Source: Octopus bimaculoides
Taxonomy: Eukaryota
Direction of reading: 5' to 3'
NCBI RefSeq assembly: GCF_001194135.2
Contig: NC_068999.1
Location: 411,682-475,681, forward strand
Length of the DNA: 64,000 bases
Shown: piece after piece, positions 1 through 14,730 of the stretch
How positions within the stretch are numbered: position 1 is the first letter of the stretch
Layout: each line of letters opens with the position of its first letter
Program-made: the position numbers and the translations under genes
The notes under the pieces: model-generated
What the model was told of the DNA's origin: nothing
What the model saw: the letters and a program-made list of their open reading frames with translations, nothing else
The model's database searches: none

Positions 1-42
<42 letters not shown>

Positions 43-60
43 AATATGTATATATATTTA
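1..60. repeat. (TA)n microsatellite
   Basis: Pure TA run at 1-40 followed by a degenerate TA-rich tail. One of many such tracts in the window. Confidence 0.97.
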
Positions 61-2509
61 TGTATATATATACCCGTACATATGTGCGAGCGCGCACACA
101 CACAAACATAGACACACTCGCACACACATATGCACGCATAGATAAATATCTTTCATACATGATCAGCCACGGGCATGCTGATTCGGGGCAGTTTGGGCGT
201 AGTTTTGCGTGAAAGATAAATCTACTTGAATGTGCATCGCTGTATTAAACAGTGTCAATGGTTTCAGGTCGAATGATCAAAGATACGTATCAATTTGTGC
301 TTAGATAAAGTGATCTACTTTCTGAGCATTTCTCTATCGATTTCTAATATACTTAACGAAACTAAATTTGCGAATTCGAACAGATTTTCGCTTACTCTGC
401 AAATCTATTAAGAAATTTATTCTTTCAATGTTGCCACCGGAATACAGAATGTGTGGGGACAAATATATGCATAGAAAATTTACATGGACACACAAGCAGA
501 CAAAGAAGCATAAACATACACATACACACATATACACTCATTCAGACACAAACACATACACATTGTTATTCAGGTAGGATATTTTCAAGTGACTCAGATT
601 TTGGAAATCATCTTCACGCGAAGATGAGGGAGCATAATCCCCCGTTCGCCAATGATACAGTCATTATAAAGAGAAAATCCATAGATCACACCACTTATAG
701 TCAGCTTCACAATCTCAAATATATATGTCTGTGTTTATATATATACACACATACACATATATACATATATATATATATATTTAGAAGCCTGTTTGCAAAA
801 TATTTCTTCGGAAATATTTTTTTGTTTATGGAGATATGTTATCTGAACGGGCACCAATTTTGCGTAACTATCGATTGATGATTCTGGCTATCGTTCATGT
901 GCTTATGTACTAATGTTTATAGTTGGTTAGTTTAACCGTTTTTTAGTACTTTCTCCTTCTGAAAACCCACTTGTTCCTATAGAGACTTCATTCTCTTTAA
1001 TATAGGAGTTTAAGGAAAACAGAGATTACACATAAAATATTAACCTTTTTAATCGGTGTGCAGTCATACTTTTTTTTTTGCCTATGTGGCGTATCAGCCG
1101 TTTCGGCGCGCTTGCATATGTATCTGCACTTGCGCGTTTGTGTGTGCGTGCGTTCGTACGTGCGTGTGCGTACGTGTGTCTATGTGTTTCGCTTATGTGT
1201 GTGTATATTGGGCTTGCCCATTACACCGCTTGTATCCGTACCCTTTATAGTGTTGTTACCGTTTACGTTATTGTTTTTTAATGCCGGCCCTTGCCCTCAC
1301 CTACGTTTTCTTTTCTGTTGCTGGTTGTATTTGCAATGTCGTGTTTATTAGTCTGGCATGTAGAGTGTTGTTGGTATAGAAATTTGTTTATCTACTGCTT
1401 TTGATGTTAAAAATAATATGAGTGTAGTTGTAACTGTAGCTGGCCTGTTTATTTCTTTCTAGAACAGTGAACGAAACATAAAATTTCTAACTTTGAATGT
1501 TTCAATTTTACATTATCAAAGCAAAGTATTAAACCAAAAACAATTCATTCTTCTGGCATGTACTAGACCCACCAACATTCTTTTACTGAACCACTGAAAC
1601 ACAACCCCTACGACATGAAGGAAACCCTCAAGCATACACTCCAGCGTACGAGTTTCGAAATACAGGAATAAATCCTTAACCATAACGCAACTGCAAATGA
1701 AATTAATTAAAGCATCTCCAAACCACCTCTCTACCACACCCTACACCTACAACTAATTACCTCTCCATTAAACCTACATAGCCAAGGAAAATTTTAACTC
1801 AACAACGACTGTATAAAGCCAAAGTAAACTTCATTGCGATCCAGGTCGACGATAACATAACTGGCTGAACATTCGAAGTCACTAACAATAACATTCTTGG
1901 TTAAGAATGATAATTATAAACATATATGTGTATTTCTATATATACAAATATATTCATACACAGATGTAAATATTTATACGGGCAAGCGTATTCATATAAA
2001 GAGACAAAAGCGAAGTGCTGGGCTCCATATTTAAAACAAATGAAAAAAATTTTTAAATGCAGTGTTGTCACTATTAAGTTATGCTTCGTCCTAATTTTTA
2101 ATATCTTTTTTCACATTTTTCGCTGTCATTATGTCTTCTTCAAATGCTCTGTTATCATTACCATTTCCAATGTTCTTCAAATAAAGAGAAATAAGCTTCT
2201 CAGTAATTTTCTAGCTTTCTATAAAGGTAGCAACCATTTTTTTTATTCGTTAGCTTGGAGTTCTGTGTTTAAGTTTTCTAGAAAAAAATATATCTTTGAA
2301 GAAAAATAAAACGAATTGAAAAATAAAATTTTTTTCATTAATAAGTTGTTCATTTCCATACACTAACTTATTTGTACTCCCATAGAGATGCACACGAATG
2401 CACTTACGCATGACCACATAAATACGCAAAGACACACACACACATACACACACACACGCACACACATATACATATATATATATACACATATATATATACA
2501 TACACAAGC

Positions 2510-2571
<62 letters not shown>

Positions 2572-2735
2572 ACATATATATATGTATATGTACATATATA
2601 TGTATATACTTGCCTATAAGCATATGTATAATTATATATAAAATGCATATAAATACACACTAACACTGAAGCACACGCATACACAAACACGCAGATGTTT
2701 TAAGGTAACATTTTTCACTCCCACTCTATCTATCT

Positions 2736-2736
<1 letters not shown>

Positions 2737-2785
<49 letters not shown>

Positions 2786-2817
2786 CTCTCTCTCTCTGTG
2801 TGTGTCTCTCTCTCTCC
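2737..2817. repeat. (CT)n microsatellite with TG interruptions
   Basis: Directly visible CT run. Confidence 0.95.
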
Positions 2818-3021
2818 ACCTCTCACTCTACCTATCTAAATAACTAACTATTCATGTGTATATGTATATAAATACTCGCTACATAATGAATATGCGAACA
2901 TCCAAAATTGTATATTTTTACGTAAAGAACATTTTCGAGCGCGCGCTCACACGCATACATAGGCACACACGCAACAACAGATACTAACATCTACTCACAC
3001 GCCTACACTCATGCGGGTGTG

Positions 3022-3074
<53 letters not shown>

Positions 3075-3965
3075 GTATTAGCATATACATATTTCTATAT
3101 ATGCATATCCAGTGTACATACGTTTATATATAAGTATGCATTTTTCTTTACGTGACAATCGTTTTAGAAGTTTGAGGCATTTTAAATTTTATGTGTCACA
3201 ATTTAAATTTCTAATTATATTCATATATATATAAAAATATTTATAATAAATTTATCTATGATACACCATATTATGCCTCTCACCTAATATTCTTTTTCAT
3301 CGATCTTAAATGCGCTAACAAACTGTTTCTGTTGTCGATACTCTTCCTCCTCTTCTTCTTCTACTTCTCAATTTCTTATTCAACTTCATCAGCATTTATG
3401 CTTATTCATTTTCGTTTCTTTCTTTTTCTATCACCTTCTCTTTCTTCTCTGCAGCCATCGTCTTCTTTGCTAGATCAACCTCGTCTTTTATTTCTTCTCT
3501 ATTATATTTATTCATTCTGTATGTATTTCGTTTTCTCTCTCTCTTTCGATTTGCCTTGCTCTTTTCTCCTCCTTCTTCTTCCTGATCATCATTTTCGTCA
3601 CCATCACCATCGTCGTCACCATCGTCGTCACCATCATCATCGTCATCACCATCTTCTACATATTTCGATTCGCAATTTTGGCCTCTAAATTATAACTTAT
3701 CAGTTAACGTTATTACATTTTACACTCAGAATATTGTTTATTCCTTTTTTCATATCATGAAATATTCCCTGAATAGAAGAACACTTCTACATGGTTATGC
3801 ACACATCTACGCCTACAATCAAGCACAGGCGTATATAAATATACATATATGTATGTGTATATGTGATATATATGCACAGATACACACACATATTATATAT
3901 ATATATGTGTGCATATGTATATATCAGCACATATGTACATATATACACCGAATACAACGTATATA

Positions 3966-4037
<72 letters not shown>

Positions 4038-5137
4038 CGTGTGTGTGTGTGTACATGTATGCATATACGTTATATACATGTTAGATACGTACACATTACA
4101 TATATTCACACCCAATCGCATAAACATACACACACACATTTGTATATGTATATATGTATATATATTTATATATATGTAAGTGTGTATATGTGTGTATATA
4201 TATGGACATATATATATATATATATATGTTTATGAATACATATATATGTATATATGTATATATATACATATATAGAGACACATATGTATATACATATGTA
4301 CATACGTATGCATATACACACTGTCACGCACACCAATATACATATACATACAGACATGAATAAATTAACATACCCGGACACCTAAATGGCTATTGTAGCT
4401 TTATTTTAGTGAAAAAAGAAATTTAATTATATTAATGGTTTCTTATAGGAAACAACAATCTCAACAACAACAACAACAACAGCAACAACAATCTTACAAA
4501 GCAACAACGACAACAACAAACAGAGATTTTGAGAATAGAATATACTAAAAGATGTCTTTCAAACAGTTTTATTTGGTTATTTTATTCTTTCTGTCTGAAG
4601 AATTAATTCTTCAACTTTCAATGGAATCTATAATTTCTAAAATTCAAATGATCTTCTTAAAATTAACTTCGTTAATCCGGTCTTAGAAATTTGGAGAAAT
4701 CTTCTTGTTATTCCGATCGATGTGAAGAATATACAATGAAGTGTTGAGTTGAAGAAATACGGAAGCATATATCCAGTGATTAAATACAAGAAATATATAA
4801 ATATATGTACACATGCCTGCGTATATACATAGATACAGACATGCACACATGTACGAATGCATTCATGCATACATTCACATATATAAATATACACACATAT
4901 GTATGATGTAATGCAAAGGTTATAATTTATGTATACGTGGTTGTCATCATACGTCTGTGTGTGTATTTCTCTATGTATATATGTATTTATTCGAGTGTGT
5001 GTATGAACATATATGTATGTATACATACTCACAATAATATATACATTGGCAGACAGAAATACTGATAAAAAAGATGTATGTATAAAGTGCGTGTGTGAGT
5101 GTGTGTGTTTGTATATGTATATGTCAAACACACACAA

Positions 5138-5172
<35 letters not shown>

Positions 5173-5636
5173 NNNNNNNNNNNNNNNNNNNNNNNNNNNN
5201 NNNNNNNNNNNNNNNNNNNNNNNNNNNNNNNNNNNNNNNNNNNNNNNNNNNNNNNTATATGCGAGTAAAAATAAATACAAAACAGGTGGGTTTCAGTCAG
5301 TGCCTCTCAACTTTAAGCTTCCCCTTCTTATCACGTCCCTTAGGATGACGTTAATTTACGTGATATTAACAGGAAGCAGTTACTAGTTTATGCATATATC
5401 TATCTATATATACTTCTGCTTGTATATGTACTTAGATATAGAGTATAAAAGCCCTCTGAAGAAACACATATTTCTAATCTCATGACTCTCCTAAGGTGTT
5501 TGTGTTACGGTTGTATTTGCTTCTAAGGAAAGTCGTGAGTGCGTTACGGCACTGGTAGACATTTTGAGTTAGAATAAGACGAAATTATATTCTCCAATCT
5601 GATGTATTGAAATGCTTAGTTTTCTATACCGGCAAG

Positions 5637-5762
<126 letters not shown>

Positions 5763-7281
5763 GTAGAAGCAAAGGGACAAAAGAATTAAGGAGGGGCGAG
5801 AAAAATGACAGGGACACAGTGAAATAAAAAGTGGAGGGAAAGTGAGCAAGAAGAGAAAGCAGAGCAGTCGATGTGTGATGCTGGAATCACCGAATGGCAG
5901 CTGTCAGTGGTGCTGTGGTATTTATGATTACAGTGGAGGAAATTGGTAGAATTCGAGTTGTGCGGGCGGCGATAGTGAATTGGCCGTGAGGGGAGTGAAA
6001 AAAAGTGCAGACTCTCTCCTCTCCATACGATATAAGGTCTGATTGAAGGAACCAACCAACCAACATTTATATCGAATATTAATTATTACATAGAGAGATA
6101 AATGAATATTAAAACATAAATCCTGAATAACCCACAACTGTATCATACATGGGTCTACTTTAAGATTTGTATATCTTTACAAGGCACTGATTAAACATTT
6201 AAAACACATATTTAGATGACCTACATATTTAAATTAGATGCATATTTACATTAAAGCTCTGTTCATTAATGCTATATCACGTACAAAGCACATTTCTATT
6301 CGAGATTACAGTTAAAACAAATGACTTTGTTCTTTGAAATTCTATGAATGTGTTGACCATTGAATACTGTACACATTTGAACTGTAACTAAACGAAGTCT
6401 TTATGTTTTCCATTGGATGTGGGGTAAACTGTTTCAACAAACAAGCCAGGCAGCTGACCGGCCTACTATCCAACAAACCGACCAACGAACGAACCAATAA
6501 TTCAACCAACCAACCAACGATCCAACCGACTGACCGGCTAACCAACCAAACAAAATATGACGGTACGGAGTTAAGTATCAAATCATGGTTATGTAATTAA
6601 TTTTAAAATCGATGTTATTGAAAAACCTAGCATTGAATAACAAACGAATGAGTGTGCATGTGTGTGTATGTGCGTATGTGTAGATGTAGTTATATGGGGA
6701 AAGGGAGTTGAAAGAATTAAAAGACTGTATTAAAATTATTTGAGAATGAATGCAATTCCTGTGGGGTAAAAAGAAAGCATTTTAATGTCTCAGTCACACC
6801 GTTTTTCTTGCTTTCTACTTTGAAGATCGAGAAGGGAGATAACAAAACATATTTAAACAAAGCGCTGTAGCAAATATAAAAAAGACGAATATTAAACAAC
6901 AACATTTCTTCATTACTAGAAGATCGCATAATGGAAAAAAATAATTAAAAGAAAAATAACGACCTGAGACATAAAAGTGTATGAAATATTTTAGAAAATA
7001 TGAAATAAAATAAGAAATAAAGTAAAATGAACTAAACAATGCAGTTTTTTGTATTGAAATGCAATAACACAGATATATTTCTCTGAGTTTCCGTAAGCGA
7101 AATCCCAATCAAATGTTCCCCGGGTTCCGGTGTATTTAGCAAATTATTTTGTTGCTAATCTTCAATTTATTATTAATTTCCTTTCGCATAATCTTTTAAA
7201 CCTCAAACGTTGAAGATCAATACTAAGATTTAATCCGACTAGTGTCTTGAATGTCAATGAGTTGTGTACTTTCCGTTCGTA

Positions 7282-7312
7282 TGCAAATAATAATAATAAC
7301 AACAACAACAAC

Positions 7313-7372
<60 letters not shown>

Positions 7373-7385
7373 TATAATAATAATA
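7282..7385. repeat. (AAT)n/(AAC)n microsatellite
   Basis: Directly visible; source of the poly-Ile pseudo-ORF. Confidence 0.95.
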
Positions 7386-7977
7386 AAAATAGTGATTACT
7401 GATATCTTATTTAATTATTTTAATAATCTCGAGATGTTTTATTTTAGTTTCAAATTATATTTTTAATTATGATGTCTGTCTGCTAATAATTAGGTTTATC
7501 ACATGGAGCAAAGTTGCGTTTGATTATGTGGAAGTTTAGAAAATACATAAAATAAAAGGCAAAAAAACTAAATTAAAAAAACTCACAAAACAAACGCAAT
7601 GGAAATCTTAAGTGAGAAAAAATAAACTAACAAGGAAAAGCAATGTAATTAAAAAAAATATATTGATTAAAATTTAATATCTTCCATGGAGATTTTTGAA
7701 AATATGGTTCAGAAAATAGTGAAAAATAAATAACAAAAAGTAAACAAAAATATTCAATGGGTCACAAATACTGACCGATGCCAAGCTTTTTATCATCTGC
7801 TACCAATATTGCCGAAATCTGATTCGTCATTTCTTTGTAAGCCAACCATATTATTACGAAATAGTATCGGAATTAATTCATATCAATCTCAAGGTTTTTA
7901 ATTTTGTCATTTTAATTATATTTTAATTGAGAATGACCTAGTTAGGTAGATCAACTGTTCACCCTTTCGTTTCGCAG

Positions 7978-8042
7978 ATCATCGAAACGAGAAACCGGGG
8001 AGGTGAACTGAAAGTCCACCTGAATGTCAAACCGGTATTCAG
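7978..8042 (+). other. Candidate internal exon (65 nt); only open frame IIETRNRGGELKVHLNVKPVF
   Basis: Acceptor ttcaccctttcgtttcgcag and donor CAG|gtaaaa. One frame is open, the other two have stops. No transcript evidence. Confidence 0.35.
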
Positions 8043-8089
8043 GTAAAAAAACTGGTCTGAACGTTTCCAAGAAACTGAATTTTATTTGC

Positions 8090-8215
8090 AGCCATACGGC
8101 TCTGGGTTCGGTATTACTACGTAGCATCTTAGGCCAGTATCTTTTACTTTAAACTCAGGTCAGCCGATGCTTTGTGAATGTATTCAGTTGAGAGAGGCAG
8201 TGTGGAAGCTTGCCA
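8090..8215 (+). mobile_element. Degenerate tRNA-type SINE (family A) head
   Basis: ctgggttcggtattactacgtagcatcttaggccagtatctt aligns loosely to the better copy at 60367 and runs into a (GT)-rich tract. Confidence 0.55.
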
Positions 8216-9469
8216 TATATGTGTGTGCGTGTGTCTGTGTGCGTGTGTCTGTGTGCGTGTGTCTGTGTGCGTGTGCTAATGATTGCTTGTGTGTGTGTAT
8301 ACGTATATTTCAATGTATATGTACACCTGTATATGTATGAGTTTGCCCACAATACTCAATAAATTATATTAGAATCTAGAGAAACTGTGAACCAATCCAA
8401 ACCTGAAGCTGTTTTATCTGCCGCATCACAGATTAATATGGAAAACGACATCAGTTGCCGTTTTGCATTCGCACTACGAACCATTTTTACGTATCACGGG
8501 GCTTTTTTCATGAGTGATGGGAGACAATAAGCTGAAGAAGATGCTAGAATTGCAGCAAAGTGTAATGAAGTTTCTTATAGGTTAGTGCCTGAGAAAATTA
8601 TCTGCCAATCCCAAGTATAGTAAACGGAGAAAATGTATGGCTAGAAATAATCTTTTCAGCTATGGTTCAAATTTTAACATCAATTCAAGAAGTGACTTCT
8701 CTTCTCGTTATAATCTTGCTGTTCAAGAGATTGTTGCTATTAAAAACTTATTTGTACATACGGCATGCTTTCAGCTGTTCTTTGAAATTTTACAGAAATT
8801 CTTTAGTTTATTGTTTAGCTGTTCTTCTACAACGAATGACAACAGCACGTTGCATATCAGTCAGCAATCAAAGGAAGCTCAGTCCACAACCCCACGATAT
8901 CACACGCATACAAATTCCTTGATAAAAGCGCGCAAAATAACAGATCGAACTGCTTGGCTGCTTGCCAGTCTAGTATTCAATGTTTCTATAAAGCCTTGTC
9001 TAAAACCGGTGGATGGGATTTGCTATCACTGGGGAATTTGTGATAGAGGCGCACAGGGTCGCGTTAAAAGTTAAGGCTCGACAAAAAATGTTACTTGTGT
9101 AAAACGAGTTTAAATTTAACGAGGGGCCGATATCAATGATAAGCAACAAATCAAGAAATGGGATTGAAAGGTGAAAATATGGGACAAATAATCCGATTTA
9201 TGAAAACGAAATTGCAGTAGACACTGAAGAGAGTTGACTGAGAGAAGTTTAAACTTTGCGCGGAAAAACAAAGCTCTCTTTCCGTGTCTGTCCCACTATA
9301 CATACACATACACACACGCATACATAAATACACACACATGCATGCATATATATATATATGCATGGATACATGCATTCATACATATATACATACATAAAGA
9401 CATACACACACCACACACACAAAGAATGGTCAACTGCCACTGCTTCAGTTCTTGCAGCTGCAGCTGCTT

Positions 9470-9527
<58 letters not shown>
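9470..9527. repeat. (CTA)n microsatellite
   Basis: Pure CTA run. Confidence 0.97.
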
Positions 9528-9529
<2 letters not shown>

Positions 9530-10857
9530 TCTGCATGACTAACTTCTCTTTTAAAGCAATTGAAACCGGTAGCATAACTGGATAAAAATGTATTTATAGA
9601 GTGTTAAACACTTTCGGTATGCAAAATAGGGACTTCTTCATAGAGTAACTTCTGTATTTGTTGAGTGTATAAACAATTTGGCTACTTGTTTCTCTGGAGA
9701 CTGTCAGAATGTTGTAAACGACTTTAATGAGAACCCAATAAGTTTCAAAAATTAATTAATCTTGTTCATCACATTTTTTTCACTCTGCGGAGAAATGGCT
9801 TATATTTGCCTTGTTTATAATTATACTATATGTTGCGTATATATATTTGTATGTATGTTATACATGTACAAACACAAACATATAAATACACACATACATG
9901 TGTATCTATATATAGAGACAAACACGCACAGAGAAAGGAGAATCTTGATCGATAAACATGAATGGGCAGTTGGTGATAGGGTCGTCATTACTTCAACTCC
10001 GTATTGAAACATTCTAATGAAAAACAAAATGTCTACTTCAAGATGATTCCATGCATAAAAACGACGAAGTGAAGTACAGTGAAATATAATTGAAATCTAT
10101 TTTTTCATCCAATGCTTTTCCGTTTTTTTTTTTTTTTTACCTTTCTCCCTGTTTATTAAAATTCCATCAACAACCTCATTTAAAATAATTCTAGACATAT
10201 TTAGAGAGATATCATTCGATTCATGCGAACGCTATTTTCTTAGTTTTTAATTTTTGAATTTATTATAATGATGAGAGAGAAGAAAATAAATTTGATGTGA
10301 TACGTTCGTTGATTTATATAACCAGCTCTCAAAAACAAAACAGGTATTCGTGTATGTTTTTCTTCTTGTAATTACATAAGCACGCACATGTATTTCAAAT
10401 ACTGCATTCACTTCAAGTACACGTACTCTAGAAGTTCTTCAGCGTTCTGTTTCTAATAAATTAATGAAGATTTCATTCCCTCATTAAAATGATAACGCGT
10501 TCGTTTGTGTGTTGACGAGTCCTTACATAGAGACATGGATAGACATGTGTAAATATTCGCATACAGACGTGGCGCACAGATACATACACACGTACAAACA
10601 TTCACGCATATGTGTGTGTGTGTGTATCTTCGTGCGTGTGTGGTTCGTGTGTGTGTGTGCATGTGTGTATATATATATATAATCATGTACAAACAAAACA
10701 CGCGCAAACATGCTTACACACACTCACTCACAATATATGAATACACACACTTATAAAGACTCATATTTATACAAATTCTCTGTGCATGTGCACGTGTGCA
10801 TGTGCACGTGTGCATGTGTATAGATGGACACACATGTTTAGGTCGAGTATATATACA

Positions 10858-10893
<36 letters not shown>

Positions 10894-12974
10894 NNNNNNN
10901 NNNNNNNNNNNNNNNNNNNNNNNNNNNNNNNNNNNNNNNNNNNNNNNNNNNNNNNNNNNNNNNNNNNNNNNNNNNNNNNNNNNNNNNNNNNNNNNNNNNN
11001 NNNNNNNNNNNNNNNNNNNNNNNNNNNNNNNNNNNNNNNNNNNNNNNNNNNNNNNNNNNNNNNNNNNNNNNNNNNNNNNNNNNNNNNNNNNNNNNNNNNN
11101 NNNNNNNNNNNNNNNNNNNNNNNNNNNNNNNNNNNNNNNNNNNNNNNNNNNNNNNNNNNNNNNNNNNNNNNNNNNNNNNNNNNNNNNNNNNNNNNNNNNN
11201 NNNNNNNNNNNNNNNNNNNNNNNNNNNNNNNNNNNNNNNNNNNNNNNNNNNNNNNNNNNNNNNNNNNNNNNNNNNNNNNNNNNNNNNNNNNNNNNNNNNN
11301 NNNNNNNNNNNNNNNNNNNNNNNNNNNNNNNNNNNNNNNNNNNNNNNNNNNNNNNNNNNNNNNNNNNNNNNNNNNNNNNNNNNNNNNNNNNNNNNNNNNN
11401 NNNNNNNNNNNNNNNNNNNNNNNNNNNNNNNNNNNNNNNNNNNNNNNNNNNNNNNNNNNNNNNNNNNNNNNNNNNNNNNNNNNNNNNNNNNNNNNNNNNN
11501 NNNNNNNNNNNNNNNNNNNNNNNNNNNGTTTTTTACACTTCTATTACACATCCTTCACATATTCGGTATGAAAGGAAATTTTTTTTACTTCAAATTCCTG
11601 TTTCATGATAACATTTTTTTTTCTTATAATTCTTTCTTTTGCGAAATCTTTGAATTGGTAAGCCGTCTGAGAAATCTTGTTTTCAGTTTTCAAAAGATGT
11701 ATTGCTTTGTACGGTCTCTCAAATGAGAAGAATCGGACTTTTAGAAAATTCCTTGGTGCTTGTATTTGAACTGACAAATCAAAGGATATTTTGATTTCGT
11801 TGTTCTTGTTGTTATCTTTATTAATGTTATTGCTGTTATTGTTGTTGATGTGGATATTTAACCTAGAGTTTGACCCTAATTAGCAGATTTATTATCGCAG
11901 AGATTGTTACCCCCAAACGTATAAATATTTTAGAAGTGGAGAGGACTATATAAAGAAAGTAACGAGTCCTTCCCGTTTTTAATGATGCCGTCCTTTCATT
12001 TGAAAACAGAGAAAGACAGACAGAGAGAAAGACAGACAGAGAGAGAAAGACAGACAGAGAGAAAGAGGAAAAAAGAGGAGAGATATTAGAATCTCCGATA
12101 TGAAATCAGAGTTGAATGAGCGATGCCAAATAGGCATCGGCAAAACGACGGTGCCAAAACGGTTTACTACGTCGATGCCTTCTATGCCAGATTCACACAC
12201 GCACTCACAAACGCGATTGTGCGCTCACACACACACGCACATATTATACGATCTGCCTACAAAACTCCGACTCCATATTCAGTTGAGAAAAATCACTCGA
12301 ATAAACTACGAGACAAAATATACTTCAGCACCAACAGGACTGCTGCAGCGCCCTATCGTTCATTCACATTCACACACACTTTCCTCATATATGAATGCAA
12401 CAAGGCAATGTATATGCAGTAAATAGCAAGAAGTGACATCATAGTCATTTGACCGAAAAAAAGCCATTCCCTGTGCACACTAATTCTTTCAGAAATAGAA
12501 ACTTATATAAAAATAAGGCAAATATACCTGCTGGGTATAGCTAAGAAATATTACATAGTTGTACTGAACAGGTTATTAGAATATGCGACCAAGATTATCC
12601 CCCAGGTGAACGACAACAACAGAAAAAAAAAAAAACAATTTTGGATTATTCCCATTGCAAATAGAATAGCGAATGGCGAGAGTGACCAGCTGAAAATTGG
12701 ACAGCATATTATTGGCTGTCACTTTCAAGTAACATTCCTAAATTAGCTGACGTAGAAAGAAACTGTGAAATGCCTGCTCCCATCGGGCATTTGCAAATTT
12801 CCAGTATCTATGTAGCAATAATTTATAGTTGGCGATCAAACTAATCAACTGTGATCTGTTGGCTGCTGTGCGCTTAACTTCTGCGCGTTGTCATTCCTTG
12901 CAACAGATTATCAAAATGTCATGCTAAGTCACAGTGACCAAACAGACCAATGACAATTTATGTGTCATTTTGTC

Positions 12975-13150
12975 TTTTACATATTTCAATCATCAGACTG
13001 CGGCCATACTGGGGTAGCGTCTTACAGGGTTTCAGTCAATCATATCGAACATGGTGCTTATTCTTTTTGGAGAATGGTGTTATTCTTTTGCCGAACCAGT
13101 TAATGACTTGGTTGCAAACAAACTAACATCGTTTCTCAAGTGGTAGGAAA
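12975..13150 (-). mobile_element. SINE family A 3' core and tail
   Basis: cagactgcggccatactgggg...ttcttttgccgaacc matches the copies at 30812 and 50030 and is the reverse complement of 57960-58110. Confidence 0.75.
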
Positions 13151-13182
13151 GAACGACGCAAGCACAAAGACACTCATACTTG

Positions 13183-13227
<45 letters not shown>

Positions 13228-13536
13228 NNNNNNNNNNNNNNNNNNNNNNNNNNNNNNNNNNNNNNNNNNNNNNNNNNNNNNNNNNNNNNNNNNNNNNNNN
13301 NNNNNNNNNNNNNNNNNNNNNNNNNNNNNNNNNNNNNNNNNNNNNNNNNNNNNNNNNNNNNNNNNNNNNNNNNNNNNNNNNNNNNNNNNNNNNNNNNNNN
13401 NNNNNNNNNNNNNNNNNNNNNNNNNNNNNNNNNNNNNNNNNNNNNNNNNNNNNNNNNNNNNNNNNNNNNNNNNNNNNNNNNNNNNNNNNNNNNNNNNNNN
13501 NNNNNNNNNNNNNNNNNNNATATATATATATATATA

Positions 13537-13680
13537 CGACGAGCTTCTGCGCATTTTCCGTCGGCCAAATCCAGTCACAAGGCAGTGATCGGGATGAGTT
13601 TACAGAAGACTCACGAAGGAACTGACACTAGAACCAGGTGGTTTCAAAGTGAGCTTGCTATCTACACAGGCATGCTCGCA
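13537..13680 (-). mobile_element. SINE family A head
   Basis: gacgagcttct...ttccgtcggccaaatccagtcacaaggc...ggaactgacactagaacc is the reverse complement of the 60367-60520 copy. Confidence 0.75.
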
Positions 13681-14280
13681 CACAGTCTTTCAGATATATC
13701 AAATCATCATATTTCTATTGCAGTTTCAGATTGTAAAGCATTAAATGAAATACCACGCTCAAGTACTCAACGCTTCGTCAATTCTAAATAATGAAATTAC
13801 GACTGTCTAACCGTTTGTCGAACATGCTAACCATAGGGCCAAACATTCACGCGTATGCAGCAGAAATATATTTTTACAAGAACATTTGTTTAGCACGTGA
13901 CCAGAGGCGACCAATGAAAATGCAAGCGATAAAATTTTCTGCACAACACATCAGTAGTTTACTGAAACATGTTTATTTACGTATAAAGATGCTTCAAAAT
14001 ATTTCGTACATAAGGAATGCGAAGGAAAAAGAATTAATATTTTACATAAGAAAAGAAAGAACAAAGAAATTTTGAAGAACAGAATAGGAAAATGTTAGAA
14101 GTTAGGAGCGAAATGTATGCGTTCTTTGTAATTCCATTTTATATTTCAAAGATACAACGAGAACTGCTTGGAGAAGAACCGGAATGAATGCATCTGTATT
14201 TATAAGCACTGTCTCATCCACATACATGTATATACTTATGCATTCATATATATATATATTATGTAAACACTCACACGCAC

Positions 14281-14330
<50 letters not shown>

Positions 14331-14483
14331 TTATGTTCATTATCATGATAAAGCATGTCAATATGTAGCAAGGAAGGAAAAGACAACACTCAAACCTGCA
14401 TATCCACACATTCACGCACACATAGACGTACGTACATCGTGTCTTACTCGAAAGTAAATTAATACAGCAATGCGAATGTACAG

Positions 14484-14537
<54 letters not shown>

Positions 14538-14591
14538 TCACATGTAGAAGTCATAGAAGAATATGCATGAATAATTAAATATAGGACTGAG

Positions 14592-14595
<4 letters not shown>

Positions 14596-14632
<37 letters not shown>
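14596..14632. repeat. (TCTA)n microsatellite
   Basis: Directly visible. Confidence 0.95.
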
Positions 14633-14633
<1 letters not shown>

Positions 14634-14659
14634 GGGTACTTGTTGAACGTGTCAGTGGT

Positions 14660-14730
14660 GTTGTCACTTGGCTGTGTGGTAAGAAATTTGCTTCCGAAAC
14701 ACATGGTCCTCGGTTCAGTCCCATTGTGCG
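14660..14730 (+). mobile_element. Truncated SINE family A head
   Basis: tggctgtgtggtaagaaatttgcttccgaaacacatggtcctcggttcagtcccattg matches the start of the 60367 copy. Confidence 0.8.

Noticed and set aside
1516-1870. A/C-skewed segment possibly from a Penelope-like element
   Set aside because: Composition only; I found no motif in any frame.
8637-9074. 145-aa ORF (MARNNLFSYG...)
   Set aside because: No recognisable domain, splice context or homologous copy. A length like this can occur by chance.
13860-13920. CACGTG near CCAAT as an ER-stress element
   Set aside because: Spacing and sequence do not match ERSE (CCAAT-N9-CCACG) or ERSE-II.
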